DNA from: a virus
DNA length: 31,376 nt
Reading direction: 5' to 3' (one strand)
UHGV virus genome: UHGV-0241516
In this document: in pieces, positions 9,401 to 19,625 of the stretch
How positions within the stretch are numbered: the first letter of the stretch is position 1
Layout of the letters: every line of letters starts with the position of its first letter
The notes under the pieces: generated by a model
Seen by the model: the letters and a program-made list of their open reading frames with translations, nothing else
Told to the model about the DNA's origin: nothing
Databases searched by the model: none
Program-made: the position numbers and the translations under genes

Positions 9401-10896
9401 TATGCAGACTCCTCTGAATACTGAAGACGGAACTGGTTAACCACGGCAAAGACACGCAACTGGTTAACATAGTCAGGCGGGAACAGCGTGTTCAGGCGGT
9501 TCGGATCGCTGGCATCACGCTCCACAACCAGGTACTGCTTAAACAGTTCGTAGTTTTCCACGATCCCCGCACGCTCAAGCTGACGGTAGGTTGCCAGCAG
9601 TTCCCCTTTGATCACCGCCGGTGTGACAATCGCCTGACCGGGACCAAAGCGGGTACCGTCGCTGGCAAGCTTGTGACGCCCGTACTTACTGGTAATGACG
9701 GATTTCAGTTTGCGCAGCACATACGCGCTGGTATGCAGCGTCTCGCTGTCGAGGTAGCTGTTATCCGCAACACCGTAAGCGTTTTTCCTGTACGTGGTGA
9801 CATCACGCTGAATGCGCAGCACCCCGCTTTCGACATACGCCGTTGCCACGCCATGAGACAGCAGGGTCTGTTGTTCGGTCATCGTGAACCGTTTCCCCTT
9901 CGGCGCAGGCAGCATACCCACCAGCTCACCGGTCTGCGTGGGACGTGCCGGATCGTTGCGAATAAACACCGCTGCGCGGGCGGTACGGCTTGCCGCCAGC
10001 TCGTCGGCAGGCGTCTGGGTCTCTTTTTCGTATCCCGCCAGGGTAATGTGCTGCTGGTTAAACTGGTCACCTGCGTTCACCAGTTCTGACAGCGTGCCGA
10101 TCTTTGCCGTATACACATGACCATACAGCTGACGCGCATAGCTCCAGCGACCGCTGGTATCGTTCATCTCTGTCACCAGCGTGTTAACGGAGGCCGTGTC
10201 GTTGAACGGCAGGCCAATATAATCAAACGGCTCATCCGCCATTGCAGCCACCGCGCCGGTGAGAACCGGAGCGCCCGTTCCGGCGCTCCCCGTCGCCACA
10301 GCAATCTGTACGCCCGCTGGCAGCACTTCGCCCCCACCAAAGCCGTAGTAATTGAGGCTGACAGGAATTTCATTCCCGCAAAGCCCCTTATGACGCGCGG
10401 TCAGCGTGACCACGCCTGCCGAAGATGAGGCCGTAAACGGCAGGGCCGGAACGGCATTAATGGCATCTTTGATACTGCTGGCAATCGTCGTGACGTTATC
10501 GCCGTTGGTCACCGGTGCCTGCACGCGGGTACGTCCCACATAAACATTCACCGTGCCGGTTTCGGTTGCCGCCCCGGTCACCGTCAGCGTAACCGTTGCC
10601 GCCGCGCCCGTGGATTCAGGAACGGCAATTACATACAGTTCACCAAACGGGTCGGTCTGGCGATAAGCCTCGACCATACGCGCCAGCTGACTTCCCGCAC
10701 CACAAATCTGGCGTGCATAGTCTGCCGATGGCATCAGCACCAGACTGTTGGCAACAATCTCTGCACCGTTATTGGCATGACCAATCAGCAGCGATGCTCC
10801 GCTGTCCTGTGCAGTATTCGCCGCCGAGTTATCCATTTCCGCATAAAAAATCGGAACCAGCGTATTCGACGGAATGGTGTTAAAGCTTATCGTCAT
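9400..10896 (-). CDS. Contractile tail sheath protein (Mu gpL-like)
   Basis: 498 aa. Size and position (before tube, after head-tail joining genes) typical of myovirus sheath. Confidence 0.85.
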   Translation of the reverse strand: MTISFNTIPSNTLVPIFYAEMDNSAANTAQDSGASLLIGHANNGAEIVANSLVLMPSADYARQICGAGSQLARMVEAYRQTDPFGELYVIAVPESTGAAATVTLTVTGAATETGTVNVYVGRTRVQAPVTNGDNVTTIASSIKDAINAVPALPFTASSSAGVVTLTARHKGLCGNEIPVSLNYYGFGGGEVLPAGVQIAVATGSAGTGAPVLTGAVAAMADEPFDYIGLPFNDTASVNTLVTEMNDTSGRWSYARQLYGHVYTAKIGTLSELVNAGDQFNQQHITLAGYEKETQTPADELAASRTARAAVFIRNDPARPTQTGELVGMLPAPKGKRFTMTEQQTLLSHGVATAYVESGVLRIQRDVTTYRKNAYGVADNSYLDSETLHTSAYVLRKLKSVITSKYGRHKLASDGTRFGPGQAIVTPAVIKGELLATYRQLERAGIVENYELFKQYLVVERDASDPNRLNTLFPPDYVNQLRVFAVVNQFRLQYSEESA

Positions 10897-11058
10897 CGGT
10901 ATTCACCTTTTTATTCACGCGCCGGATATCACCCGCTGCTTCACGGCGCAGCCAGTAGTTGTTCTCATCAACATTTCGCCCCTCGGCGGGCAAAAGGTCG
11001 CCGCGGGCAGGGTCAGGAACTGACCGCCCTTTAACAGGTTTCACAAACATGAAGATTC

Positions 11059-11619
11059 TCAGGAAGGAAGGGTTATTTCGGTGTGATGTTCGATATCGCC
11101 GTCAGGCCCGTTACCGGGATCGAGATAATCAACATCAATCGCCAGCGTTCGCAGTTCATCCAGACTGTTCAGGTCATCCTGCTGGCGGGTATCGTCTTCG
11201 GTCAGCTCGCTGATGACCGAAAAATCGAACTGATAAATCAGCTCATGACGATTCAGATCCAGCAGCGTGCCGCCGTCATAAGTAATCGGGTTACCGCACG
11301 CTTCCGGGTTCCAGCCCAGCATGGCCTTAAAGAGCATCTGCCGGACATCGTCCACCACATCATACGAGGCAAACTGACCGCGCTCATCACGCCCGTTACT
11401 CAGTATGACAACCACGGAGAAGCCCTCTTTCAGCTCCTGCCAGTAGTCGGTCTGGCTTTTGTTTTCTCCCGGAGAATCATCACCCGGTACAACATATGCC
11501 GCCGGGAGTTTCAGCTTTCCGACCTCCGGCAGATTTTTGAACTGGGCCGCGCCTGCAACCCGGTTTTCAAAATACGGACAACGGGCACGCAGTGCAGCAA
11601 TAACAGGCGTCAGTTTCAT
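11059..11619 (-). CDS. Putative tail completion/terminator protein
   Basis: 186 aa, between the gp10-like gene and the sheath gene. Assignment by position only. Confidence 0.5.
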   Translation of the reverse strand: MKLTPVIAALRARCPYFENRVAGAAQFKNLPEVGKLKLPAAYVVPGDDSPGENKSQTDYWQELKEGFSVVVILSNGRDERGQFASYDVVDDVRQMLFKAMLGWNPEACGNPITYDGGTLLDLNRHELIYQFDFSVISELTEDDTRQQDDLNSLDELRTLAIDVDYLDPGNGPDGDIEHHTEITLPS

Positions 11620-12134
11620 CTGTGTCGTCGCTCCGGCTTCAGTGATTTACGCAATTCCCGCGCCAGAAAATAGCGTGTCCAGCTGCGGTTCTTTTCAAGC
11701 GTTTCCACCATGAAGTTATTACGTGGAGCCAGTCGCCAGCCGCTGCCACCGGATGCACCACGATGATGGCTGCGACGACGCTTTGCCCCTCGCCTCACGC
11801 CATAGAACAAAAAAGCCGGATAAAAATCACCGGTGATACGGCGGTTTCCCTCTCCATTACGCTGGTTAGGGGCTATACGTGCCATAAAACCAGGGCGATG
11901 TTTACTGGCTCTGGGTACCATATACCCAATCGAACGTGCCAGGCGTCCGGTCTGATAACCGGGGTTTTCACCCGGTGCCGACCGCGCACGGCGCATCACC
12001 AGCCGACGGGCATCACGCATATGACGCTGACCAATCGTGACAAACGCCCGCCGGACACGGGCGCGGTTAAAGCGCATCTCCGCGGGCTGCTGAAAATCAA
12101 CGTGCAAAAAGGAAGTCGTCATTGTTGCCTCCAT
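11616..12134 (-). CDS. HK97 gp10-like virion morphogenesis protein
   Basis: 172 aa, Arg-rich, in the head-tail joining cluster. Family from memory. Confidence 0.55.
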   Translation of the reverse strand: MEATMTTSFLHVDFQQPAEMRFNRARVRRAFVTIGQRHMRDARRLVMRRARSAPGENPGYQTGRLARSIGYMVPRASKHRPGFMARIAPNQRNGEGNRRITGDFYPAFLFYGVRRGAKRRRSHHRGASGGSGWRLAPRNNFMVETLEKNRSWTRYFLARELRKSLKPERRHR

Positions 12135-12507
12135 GACTCTGCCTATATTCGCCCAGCTCCGTACACTCCAGCAGCAGAAAGCGCCGCGCCCCGTTCAGAT
12201 CGCGCTGACGTTTCACCCGGTACACACTGTCATCACAGACCACCTCATAATCAGCAGTGATCCCCCGGCGGTAGCGAATGGTGATGTAATGGGTGATGGC
12301 GTCCCCGGTCTGCGCGGTTTCCTGCCAGGTGGTGGCACTGGTCTGGATAACCTTCGCCCATGTCCGGAACGTAACCGGGTATTGAGACTCCACACCAAAG
12401 TTATCCGCGGGCATATCCACCCGCTGGCGGATCAGGACGCGTTTATTCAGTTCACCGGGGTCCGGCAGAATGTAGGTTGCGCTGGTCTGCGCCTGACGAA
12501 TTTTCAT
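12097..12507 (-). CDS. Head closure / head-tail adaptor protein
   Basis: 136 aa, directly after the gp6-like connector gene. Confidence 0.6.
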   Translation of the reverse strand: MKIRQAQTSATYILPDPGELNKRVLIRQRVDMPADNFGVESQYPVTFRTWAKVIQTSATTWQETAQTGDAITHYITIRYRRGITADYEVVCDDSVYRVKRQRDLNGARRFLLLECTELGEYRQSHGGNNDDFLFAR

Positions 12508-12827
12508 TGCGGAAAGTACCTGTACGGGCCGACAAGCCAGCCAAAACTCTGCGGCATGTCGAGTTTCTCCACTTCCGTAACCGACGAGCGGTTTTCGTAA
12601 AAATGGCTGATAAGCATCAGCATCCCCAGGCGAATATCATCCGGCAGGTGCAGCCCGTCTGGATCGCTATCCGGAATGGTTTCATCCGGTGCATAGAGCT
12701 TCCGGTTCAGATACGTTTCCGTCCGCTTTTGCGCCGCACAGGCCAGCAGTTGCAGATGGCGGTCATCAGCATCGAAATCCTCATCCAGCCGGAGTTGGGC
12801 TTTAATCTCTTCCATTGTCAGAAGCAT
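12504..12827 (-). CDS. gp6-like head-tail connector protein
   Basis: 107 aa. N-terminal MEEIKAQLRLDEDFDADD… is typical of gp6-like connectors as recalled. Confidence 0.65.
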   Translation of the reverse strand: MLLTMEEIKAQLRLDEDFDADDRHLQLLACAAQKRTETYLNRKLYAPDETIPDSDPDGLHLPDDIRLGMLMLISHFYENRSSVTEVEKLDMPQSFGWLVGPYRYFPQ

Positions 12828-12829
12828 AC

Positions 12830-13030
12830 TCAGCCCTCTTTACTGGTCGTGGCTTTTTTCTCTTTTGCCGCTTTACTGCTTTTTGCACTGATTCCGCGCT
12901 CTGCTAACCCGGCCTGAAGTGCAATCTCCTGCACCCGGGCAGGAAGCGCCCCGTCGTCATACTCACCGGCCCGAATGACCTCAACACGCATACCGTCCGG
13001 TGACCATTTCAGATCTTGTTTCAGGATCAT
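12830..13030 (-). CDS. Small hypothetical protein (66 aa) downstream of the capsid gene
   Basis: ATG at 13030-13028. Lys-rich C-terminus. Function unknown. Confidence 0.5.
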   Translation of the reverse strand: MILKQDLKWSPDGMRVEVIRAGEYDDGALPARVQEIALQAGLAERGISAKSSKAAKEKKATTSKEG

Positions 13031-13049
13031 GATTCTTCACCCGTCAGAA

Positions 13050-13074
13050 CAGGGGGCGCGGTTCCGCGCCCCTG
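13050..13074 (-). promoter_or_regulatory. GC-rich stem-loop (~10 bp stem, 1-nt bulge) just 3' of the capsid gene, no U-tract
   Basis: Read directly: CAGGGGGCGCG-gttc-CGCGCCCCTG, 6 nt after the capsid stop. No T-run on either side, so not a canonical intrinsic terminator. Confidence 0.5.
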
Positions 13075-13079
13075 AGTGA

Positions 13080-14285
13080 TTACGCCGCTGCAATCTTCAG
13101 CAGTTTGATGGCCTGCGAATCGACCAGCATCCCGCCGGTGCGCTTGGTGGTATAAAAACCGACAAACGGTTTATTGGTGTACGGGTCACGCAGAATGCGG
13201 GTGCCGATACGGTCAACGATGGTGTAACCCCGTTTGAAGTTACCAAATGCAATGGCTTTCGCATCAGCGGCGATATCCGGCATCTGTTCGTTTTCAGCGA
13301 TACCGTAACCCGCCAGAGAGGACGGCTGCCCCAGCTCCAGCCCCGGACGCCACAGATAGTTACCCTCGCTGTCTTTCAGCAGACGGATGGCAAACAGGCT
13401 ATTGTTGTTCATCATGAACTTCGCGCCGGTGCGGTGTGCCTTACGCAGCGTGTAAATCAGTTTGATAATGGCGTCTGCGGTCACCGCCGTCGCGTCGCCG
13501 GATACAATATGCTGAAGTTTGCCGAACGCCCGGACCTTATCGGTTTCATCCGTGGATTCATACGCCAGGAACCCTTTCGGCTTCTTGGTACCATCGCCGG
13601 TGGTAAAGGCAATTTCTTCCTGTTCGGCAAATTCGGTTGCCAGCTCGCTGTTGATCCATGCTTCCACGTTGAAAAAGGCATCATCCAGCATTTTCTGGGT
13701 GGCCTGCGGGTTACCGTAGATTTCCCCCATGAAAGGTTCAATCAGGCCCAGTTTTGAGGTGGCAGTCTGGGAGCGCGCGTCAGTCTCGCCAACCCATCCG
13801 GAAGCCGTGCCGCCCAGATTCACCAGTTTTTTGTAGTCGGAACCACCAACGGTGATCACCGTGGCTTCCTGGCGCATCACCACTTCATCTTTCAGCAGGG
13901 TGAGAATGTTGCGATCCAGTGCTTCCGGCACGGCATAGCCGCCGTCTTCATCGGTGCCCACCTGTAATGCCTTGCGCTCCAGATCGCGCAGACCATCTTC
14001 ACGGCCTTTACGCAGGAAGCCCACAAACGCTTCTTTATGCTCGGTGGCCAGTTTATTTTGCGCACCACCTGCCGGACGTTTCAGCTCAAGCAGCTCTTTT
14101 TCAAGATCGCTTTTGAGGTTTTCCAGCTCGCTGAGTTTCCCGTTCAGGGTTTCCACCTGCCCGGCAAGCTTGCCTTTTTCCTGCTCAATCGCATCCACGC
14201 GCTTGTCGTTCTTTGCTTTGAAGTCGTCAAACTTCTGCTGCAGCTCCTGCGCGACCTGTTCGACATCTTTAATATCAACCGCCAT
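13080..14285 (-). CDS. Major capsid protein, HK97 family
   Basis: 401 aa with coiled-coil-like N-terminal delta-domain region (…ELQQKFDDFKAKNDKRVDAIEQEKGKLAGQVETLNGKLSELENLKSDLEKELLELKR). Follows the prohead protease. Confidence 0.9.
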   Translation of the reverse strand: MAVDIKDVEQVAQELQQKFDDFKAKNDKRVDAIEQEKGKLAGQVETLNGKLSELENLKSDLEKELLELKRPAGGAQNKLATEHKEAFVGFLRKGREDGLRDLERKALQVGTDEDGGYAVPEALDRNILTLLKDEVVMRQEATVITVGGSDYKKLVNLGGTASGWVGETDARSQTATSKLGLIEPFMGEIYGNPQATQKMLDDAFFNVEAWINSELATEFAEQEEIAFTTGDGTKKPKGFLAYESTDETDKVRAFGKLQHIVSGDATAVTADAIIKLIYTLRKAHRTGAKFMMNNNSLFAIRLLKDSEGNYLWRPGLELGQPSSLAGYGIAENEQMPDIAADAKAIAFGNFKRGYTIVDRIGTRILRDPYTNKPFVGFYTTKRTGGMLVDSQAIKLLKIAAA

Positions 14286-14299
14286 CGTATTTCTCCTGA

Positions 14300-14986
14300 T
14301 TAGAAGTTCAGATTTTTCAGTGCATTCAGTGCAGAGCCCACATCCTCAGCGTCGCGCAGGGACAGTGCGCCATAGCCCCCGGCCATGAATGCTTTGGCCT
14401 GGGTACGGGAGAGTCCGACATCACGCAGGACTCTTTCGATTTTTTTCTGTTCGGGGATTTCCCCGCGGGCCAGTGCGTTCTTGACGTCGCTGATCCGCGC
14501 CTCGTCGTTAGACGGGAACGTCACCAGGCTGACTTCCCAGAGGTCGATTTCTTTCAGCAGAAAGGCTTCTTTGCTCCGGTCGTATTCCCAGTCTTTCAGG
14601 ACGTACCCAATAGAAAGGCCGGTTAACGAACCGGCCTTCATGTGTGCATGTGCGCGTTTTGCGAGGGGATCATCATCAATAAGCAACCGTCCCCTGACGT
14701 AAAGCCCGACATCGTCTTCCTTCATTTCGGTGTAAACACCGATGGGTTCATCCATGCGGTGCTGCCAGAGCAGCGCAGGTAACGCTTTTCTGTCACTCCA
14801 CGCCCGCAGGGAAGCAGCAAATGCCCCGGACATCACCACATCATCGTGGCTGTCCTTTACACCAAAGACGGAGCCATACCCTTCAAACTCACCGGAGTCA
14901 CTGACAGATTTCAGACTCAGCGGTACATCAAGACGTTGTTTCGTCTGCATTGGCGTTATCCTTCTGCTTACCGGCTTTACTGCCAT
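14300..14986 (-). CDS. Prohead protease, HK97 family
   Basis: 228 aa, between portal and capsid. N-terminal motif …EFEGYGSVFGVKDSHDDVV… as recalled for this family. Start uncertain; overlaps portal 3' end. Confidence 0.85.
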   Translation of the reverse strand: MAVKPVSRRITPMQTKQRLDVPLSLKSVSDSGEFEGYGSVFGVKDSHDDVVMSGAFAASLRAWSDRKALPALLWQHRMDEPIGVYTEMKEDDVGLYVRGRLLIDDDPLAKRAHAHMKAGSLTGLSIGYVLKDWEYDRSKEAFLLKEIDLWEVSLVTFPSNDEARISDVKNALARGEIPEQKKIERVLRDVGLSRTQAKAFMAGGYGALSLRDAEDVGSALNALKNLNF

Positions 14987-16169
14987 CGGAGGGTTTCGTG
15001 GTCATGTTCATCGGTGTGAGATAGACATCACCACCGGGACGCGGATTCATATCTTCCAGGTCGCGGCAGTCATTGGGAGAGTAAATTCCCCAGTTAATCC
15101 CGGTGGCGTAGGCTTCAAAACGGGACTTCATATCCCCGCGCAGTAACGCCCCGGCGTTAAATTTGGCGTAATAAACGCCCTGCTTACTTTTTCGTACCAG
15201 TCCGGTGTTGATCCGCTGTTCGATGCGGGTCAGATACGGCACCAGTGAATAGTTGATAAATCCAAGCCCCAGTTCTTCGATATTGTTGAAGGTGGCGCGA
15301 TCGGTGTTCTGCACCATGTGCAACGGTACCCGGAACAGACGACAGATTTCTTCAAGTTGAAACTTGCGGGTTTCCAGGAACTGGCTGTCCTCGGCGTTCA
15401 GCGCCATCGACTTCCAGTCCAGCCCCATCTCAAGGATCATCGGGCGGTGAGCATTGCCAAGCCCGGTGTGACGCTCCTCAAAATCTTTCTTCAGGCGCTC
15501 GTAAGCCTGATCTGACAGCGTCTGCTCTGTACGCAACACACCCGACGTCACCGCGCCATTGCTGAACAGTCTGGCCCCGTGCTCTTCGGTCGCTGCCGCC
15601 AGCGATATTGCCTCGCGGGCATAGGCGATGGGATTCAGCCCCACCAGTCCGTCCAGCGTCAGCGTGCGCACATGCCAGATATCCTCCTGGCTCAGTACAT
15701 CCGTGGAGCCATCCGGGAATGTGACCTGATAGACCGGCTCCCAGCTACTGTTAAGCTTCGGTACCACACAGCCGGGATCGACGGGCAGCAGTTCAGCCAC
15801 TTCGCCAAATGCTTTCACTTTGTAGGCGTAAAAGTTTCCCCGCAGGCACAGACAGGTGACCACCAGCTCCCAGAACTCCTGCGGCGTCATATAGCCATTG
15901 GGATGCGTGGAGATCAGCTTATGCAGACGTTCGCCAGTGGCTCTCTGCTTCAGGCTGCCGTTCAGGTGATACAGGTTGCAGGGCAACATCCCGACCGACT
16001 CCGCCAGCACCCTGACGCAGGAAAAAACCGCCGTCAGTCGCATGGCCCTCTGGCTGCTGATCTGCTTTCCGGTATAGGTGTCGTATGACAGCCCGATAGC
16101 ATCCACCAGCTCTGCTGGCGTGGTCACCGGTGCGTCACTTTTTCGTTGAAATAATCCCGAAAAGAACAC
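14928..16169 (-). CDS. Portal protein, HK97 family
   Basis: 413 aa. GTG start at 16169-16167 overlaps the upstream small-ORF stop by 1 nt. Sits between terminase and protease. Confidence 0.85.
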   Translation of the reverse strand: MFFSGLFQRKSDAPVTTPAELVDAIGLSYDTYTGKQISSQRAMRLTAVFSCVRVLAESVGMLPCNLYHLNGSLKQRATGERLHKLISTHPNGYMTPQEFWELVVTCLCLRGNFYAYKVKAFGEVAELLPVDPGCVVPKLNSSWEPVYQVTFPDGSTDVLSQEDIWHVRTLTLDGLVGLNPIAYAREAISLAAATEEHGARLFSNGAVTSGVLRTEQTLSDQAYERLKKDFEERHTGLGNAHRPMILEMGLDWKSMALNAEDSQFLETRKFQLEEICRLFRVPLHMVQNTDRATFNNIEELGLGFINYSLVPYLTRIEQRINTGLVRKSKQGVYYAKFNAGALLRGDMKSRFEAYATGINWGIYSPNDCRDLEDMNPRPGGDVYLTPMNMTTKPSDGSKAGKQKDNANADETTS

Positions 16170-16351
16170 TATTTACCTCCACCAACAGACATCTGTGTAC
16201 GGTCGAGATATCGCGCTACCAGCCACGACCAGAACAGGCACAACGCCCCGGCAACAACAAACCCCGCCGGGGGATAAATCAGCCAGGCACCATACGCCAG
16301 CAAAAGCACCCCCAGCACGCCCACCAGAGGCGCGAGAATCAGCATGATCAT
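16169..16351 (-). CDS. Small hydrophobic membrane protein (60 aa, two predicted TM helices)
   Basis: ATG at 16351-16349 with GAGG 5 nt upstream. Couples TerL stop to portal start. Function unknown. Confidence 0.6.
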   Translation of the reverse strand: MIMLILAPLVGVLGVLLLAYGAWLIYPPAGFVVAGALCLFWSWLVARYLDRTQMSVGGGK

Positions 16352-16362
16352 AATTACCTCAG

Positions 16363-18096
16363 TTAAAGCGAGCGGATCCCGTAGGACTCAATGTGGTCGG
16401 ACAGCGTGTCTTCTTTCTCATACAGCATGGCTCTGCCAACCGCCATAATCAGCGCAACTGCACCATCGATTTTGTTTTCCGCCTGCTCTTTGACGGGCTT
16501 CACCACATCATCGTTACCCGGAATGGTTTTGCCGACCACGTTGCCGATACACCAGGTCATGATGGGATTGCCGTCATGATGAAAGCGCCCCGATTCAATT
16601 GCCGCTTCCAGCTCTTTCATCGGGTCGGACATGTTGGTGTAGTTCTGAATGATGGTGATGGGATTCAGGTCTTCATCAGCAAGGTCATGTGACAGCCCGG
16701 TCGCCCCGAAGGGGTCGATGGGTGACTCGCTGACCGGGCTGATTTTGTTCGCTGCTTTGGCCTCTTCGAGGATGTAGCGATAATCCACCTCTGCACCATC
16801 GGTAACGGTCAGGACGCCCATTTCCACCCATTTCTGAAAGCGTTCGGCTGTCCGGCGATCTTCATTTTTCTCGACGCTGTACACCGTGTCATACGGTACC
16901 CAGAAACGCGGGGCCACACTGTAGTAATGCGTTTTACCGTCAATCTCGCGGGTATAAAGTCGCGCCATGCTGTTCATATCCAGCTTACGCGCCAGGTCAA
17001 AGGCCAGAATGCACGGCTGCCCCTCGAACTGCTCAAGGGTCAGTGATTTATCCTCGCAGCTCTGCCAGCTCACCAGGTTGAAATACGCCGAACGCGCCGA
17101 CACCCAGATATTGAGGTGTTTTGTTTTAAAGACGTTTGCCAGACGGGCGTTATTTTTCGCACGCTGCTGCTGACTTAACAAAAATTCGCGATAAACCGAC
17201 ACGCCAATATTTGGATTGGCTTTTTCCAGCACCTGCGGGTCGGTCCAGTCGTCACCTTCATCAACGGTATAGATGATCCCGAACAGTTCATCGTTGGGCA
17301 CCGAGCCGTTGAGCATCTCGATGACTTCCCGCCGCTTGTCGTAGCACGGCCCCTCAATGTTGTACCCGGCAGTAGTAATGGCCCACATCAGTGGCTGACG
17401 TCGCGCCCCCATCCCGGTAAGCATCGTGGTGTAAAGCGCATCGGTGGCGTGCTCGTGATATTCATCCACCACCGCACAGTGGGGTGATGATCCATCACCG
17501 GGGTTACCGATCAGCGGTTCAAACCGCGCGCCATCCTCCGGACGGTTCATGTTTGAGGCGTTAACCTCAATCCCGAACGCTTCCGTCAGCATGGGCGTGC
17601 GTTTACACATCAGTCGCGCCGGGCGAAAGACTTCCCACGCCTGTTTCTCTGTCGTGGCACCGGAATACACTTCCGCGCCAAACTCGTTATCACAGGCAAA
17701 ACAATACAGGGCAACACCGGCAGAGATTGCCGATTTGCCGTTCTTACGGGGGATTTCGGTATACACCTCCCGGAAGCGGCGCAGCCGGGACCCTTTATTG
17801 ACCCAGCCAAACGCACAGCAGACCACAAATAGCTGCCACGGCTCCAGCGTGATGGGCATCCTCTTGAATGCCCACTCACCCTTGGTGTGCGGCAACAGCT
17901 GAATAAATTTGGCGGCCCGTTCAGCCAGGTCCTTGTCGAAGCGGTAACGAAACGACTTACTTTTTTCCGCCATCAGGTCATCAAGATGGCGCTGGCAGGC
18001 CTGAATCACAAACTGGCAGGCCACAATCTTTCCGCGAACGACATCCCGGGCATACTGATTGGCAGCATTTACGTTGGGGTAAGATTTCCGGCTCAT
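16363..18096 (-). CDS. Terminase large subunit
   Basis: 577 aa. Size and position right after the small terminase. Overlaps TerS stop (18093-18096). Confidence 0.9.
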   Translation of the reverse strand: MSRKSYPNVNAANQYARDVVRGKIVACQFVIQACQRHLDDLMAEKSKSFRYRFDKDLAERAAKFIQLLPHTKGEWAFKRMPITLEPWQLFVVCCAFGWVNKGSRLRRFREVYTEIPRKNGKSAISAGVALYCFACDNEFGAEVYSGATTEKQAWEVFRPARLMCKRTPMLTEAFGIEVNASNMNRPEDGARFEPLIGNPGDGSSPHCAVVDEYHEHATDALYTTMLTGMGARRQPLMWAITTAGYNIEGPCYDKRREVIEMLNGSVPNDELFGIIYTVDEGDDWTDPQVLEKANPNIGVSVYREFLLSQQQRAKNNARLANVFKTKHLNIWVSARSAYFNLVSWQSCEDKSLTLEQFEGQPCILAFDLARKLDMNSMARLYTREIDGKTHYYSVAPRFWVPYDTVYSVEKNEDRRTAERFQKWVEMGVLTVTDGAEVDYRYILEEAKAANKISPVSESPIDPFGATGLSHDLADEDLNPITIIQNYTNMSDPMKELEAAIESGRFHHDGNPIMTWCIGNVVGKTIPGNDDVVKPVKEQAENKIDGAVALIMAVGRAMLYEKEDTLSDHIESYGIRSL

Positions 18097-18587
18097 GATT
18101 CGATGATTTTCAGAAACGGGTTAGTAGCTTTCTTCTGCCCCGCCAGGCCAATCAGACGCTGGCGGCTGCTGGGGTCGAGTCCGAGCATTGCCCCCGTGCT
18201 GCTCATCTCGGACTCCTGTTCTTTTTTGGCGGTCAGCTCAGGATTTTTGACCATACCGCCCATTGCACCGGTGATGGTGTTGCCCTGTCTGGCAATATTT
18301 TTCACGGCACGTCGCCAGAACTCATAGGCCACACACCACCGCTCAAGCACCGCGAGGTCAGTCACGCACAGCAGGCCCTGACCGCAAAGTTCTTTAGTTG
18401 TCAATTGCCACATGATCGTGGCGAGAGGGAGATCTTCTTCAGCGAACCACTCCGGTGGCTCAACACCTTTGATGGGCGTAAAAACAGGTTCATCTTTATT
18501 CAGGGCTCGCTTGCCGGGGTTTCCGGCCAGCGCCTTGCGCGCCGTTGGCTTGGGGCGACGCCCGGAACGCCCCGCCGTTCCAGCCAT
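18093..18587 (-). CDS. Terminase small subunit (P27-family-like)
   Basis: ORF track starts at GTG 18596. ATG at 18587-18585 has AGGAG 8 nt upstream and is preferred. Basic N-terminus. Confidence 0.75.
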   Translation of the reverse strand: MAGTAGRSGRRPKPTARKALAGNPGKRALNKDEPVFTPIKGVEPPEWFAEEDLPLATIMWQLTTKELCGQGLLCVTDLAVLERWCVAYEFWRRAVKNIARQGNTITGAMGGMVKNPELTAKKEQESEMSSTGAMLGLDPSSRQRLIGLAGQKKATNPFLKIIES

Positions 18588-18637
18588 ATGCGGCACTCCT
18601 GGTTAAATTTCATTTTTCGCGGGTATAAAAAAACGAT

Positions 18638-18686
18638 GGGGCGGGCAGTCCGGAAGACGTCAGGTCACAGGGATTTGACCCGCCCC
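18638..18686. other. Candidate cos/terminase-recognition region: GC-rich 8-bp inverted repeat
   Basis: Read directly: GGGGCGGG (18638-18645) and CCCGCCCC (18679-18686), 33 bp apart, in the HNH-TerS intergenic gap. HK97-like cos phages place cos between the HNH and small-terminase genes. Confidence 0.35.
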
Positions 18687-18712
18687 TCCCCTCTGGCAGT
18701 GGGAACTGGTTC

Positions 18713-19063
18713 TTACTTAATCCGTTCACGGGCCGTCTTCGCCTTATGACACGGCCAGCACAGACTCTGTAGGTTACTGTCTGCATCGGTGCCGCCATGC
18801 GCTTTAGGGATGATGTGGTCAACGGTTTTCGCCTCGCGCACCACACCGGCACGCAGGCACAACTGGCACAGGCCTTTGTCACGCTTCAGCACACGCGCGC
18901 GGATAACGTCCCACTTCGAACCATAACCGCGCTGATGACGGGACTGGCCAGACTTGTATTGCTTCCAGCCTTCGCTTTTGTGGCTTTCGCAGTAGCCTGA
19001 TGGGTCAGTCGTGGTATGGCGGCAGCCGCGAACGCGGCAGGCTTTTGGGGTTCGTGGAGGCAT
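18713..19063 (-). CDS. HNH endonuclease (terminase-associated)
   Basis: 116 aa. Cys pairs (CRVRGC…C) plus HIIPKAHGGTDADSNLQSLCWPCHKAKT are the HNH signature. Directly upstream of TerS as in HK97. Confidence 0.85.
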   Translation of the reverse strand: MPPRTPKACRVRGCRHTTTDPSGYCESHKSEGWKQYKSGQSRHQRGYGSKWDVIRARVLKRDKGLCQLCLRAGVVREAKTVDHIIPKAHGGTDADSNLQSLCWPCHKAKTARERIK

Positions 19064-19190
19064 CTATTATCCCTGTAGTTTTCGTTAAATATCTAACCAT
19101 AACTGCAATCAGAAACCGCTTTAACACGGTTTGCTAAATAGACTTTTCAATCCAATGAATAAACGGCAAGTAAATACCAATCGTTCATTT

Positions 19191-19625
19191 TCATTTGAAT
19201 ACAAACTGTTCTGAAAGAATATTATGACAAATATATTTCGCCTGAATACTATTATCTCTCATTCTAATATATTCTTTGTGGGCAACAGATAAAGAACGAC
19301 AACCGCTGTTTACACGTGGGTATTTTTCCAACATATGTTCGCATATCAAAAAAGCATTATTAATAGCATTTAATTTATGGCTTAACTCTCGTAGCTCGGC
19401 CCTTTTTTCAATACGAACATTACGACTAAGAGATAAAGGTAGCTGTGATAATGCATTTGAATAATCAGCCACTGCCATTTTCAGAGCCATTTTGGCCTTC
19501 AGAGCCTCCTGTCGCCGCCAAACATTCATTGCCCAAAAACCTAATGTAACAGTTACAATTGAACCTAAAGCCGATACAGCTGACCACACAGTTCCCCAAG
19601 GCCAGTTAAGTAATGTATGCCACAT
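19191..19625 (-). CDS. Moron: membrane-anchored protein of unknown function in an AT-rich island
   Basis: ORF track start is GTG 19637; second ATG at 19625 has GGAGG 5 nt upstream. N-terminal hydrophobic helix, then a ~100-aa soluble domain. Local GC is visibly lower than the flanking phage genes. Confidence 0.6.
   Translation of the reverse strand: MWHTLLNWPWGTVWSAVSALGSIVTVTLGFWAMNVWRRQEALKAKMALKMAVADYSNALSQLPLSLSRNVRIEKRAELRELSHKLNAINNAFLICEHMLEKYPRVNSGCRSLSVAHKEYIRMRDNSIQAKYICHNILSEQFVFK

Noticed and set aside
1360-12917. Many plus-strand ORFs of 60-200 aa antisense to tail and head genes (e.g. 3372-3830, 5560-6057, 7306-7928, 11083-11673, 12133-12600)
   Set aside because: Expected open frames opposite GC-rich coding sequence. 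Arg/Pro/Ser-rich, no motifs, and they would break an otherwise perfectly syntenic operon.
19108-19127. Hairpin AAACCG-N8-CGGTTT downstream of the AT-rich moron
   Set aside because: Short AT-rich stem with no U-tract on either strand. Too weak to call a terminator.
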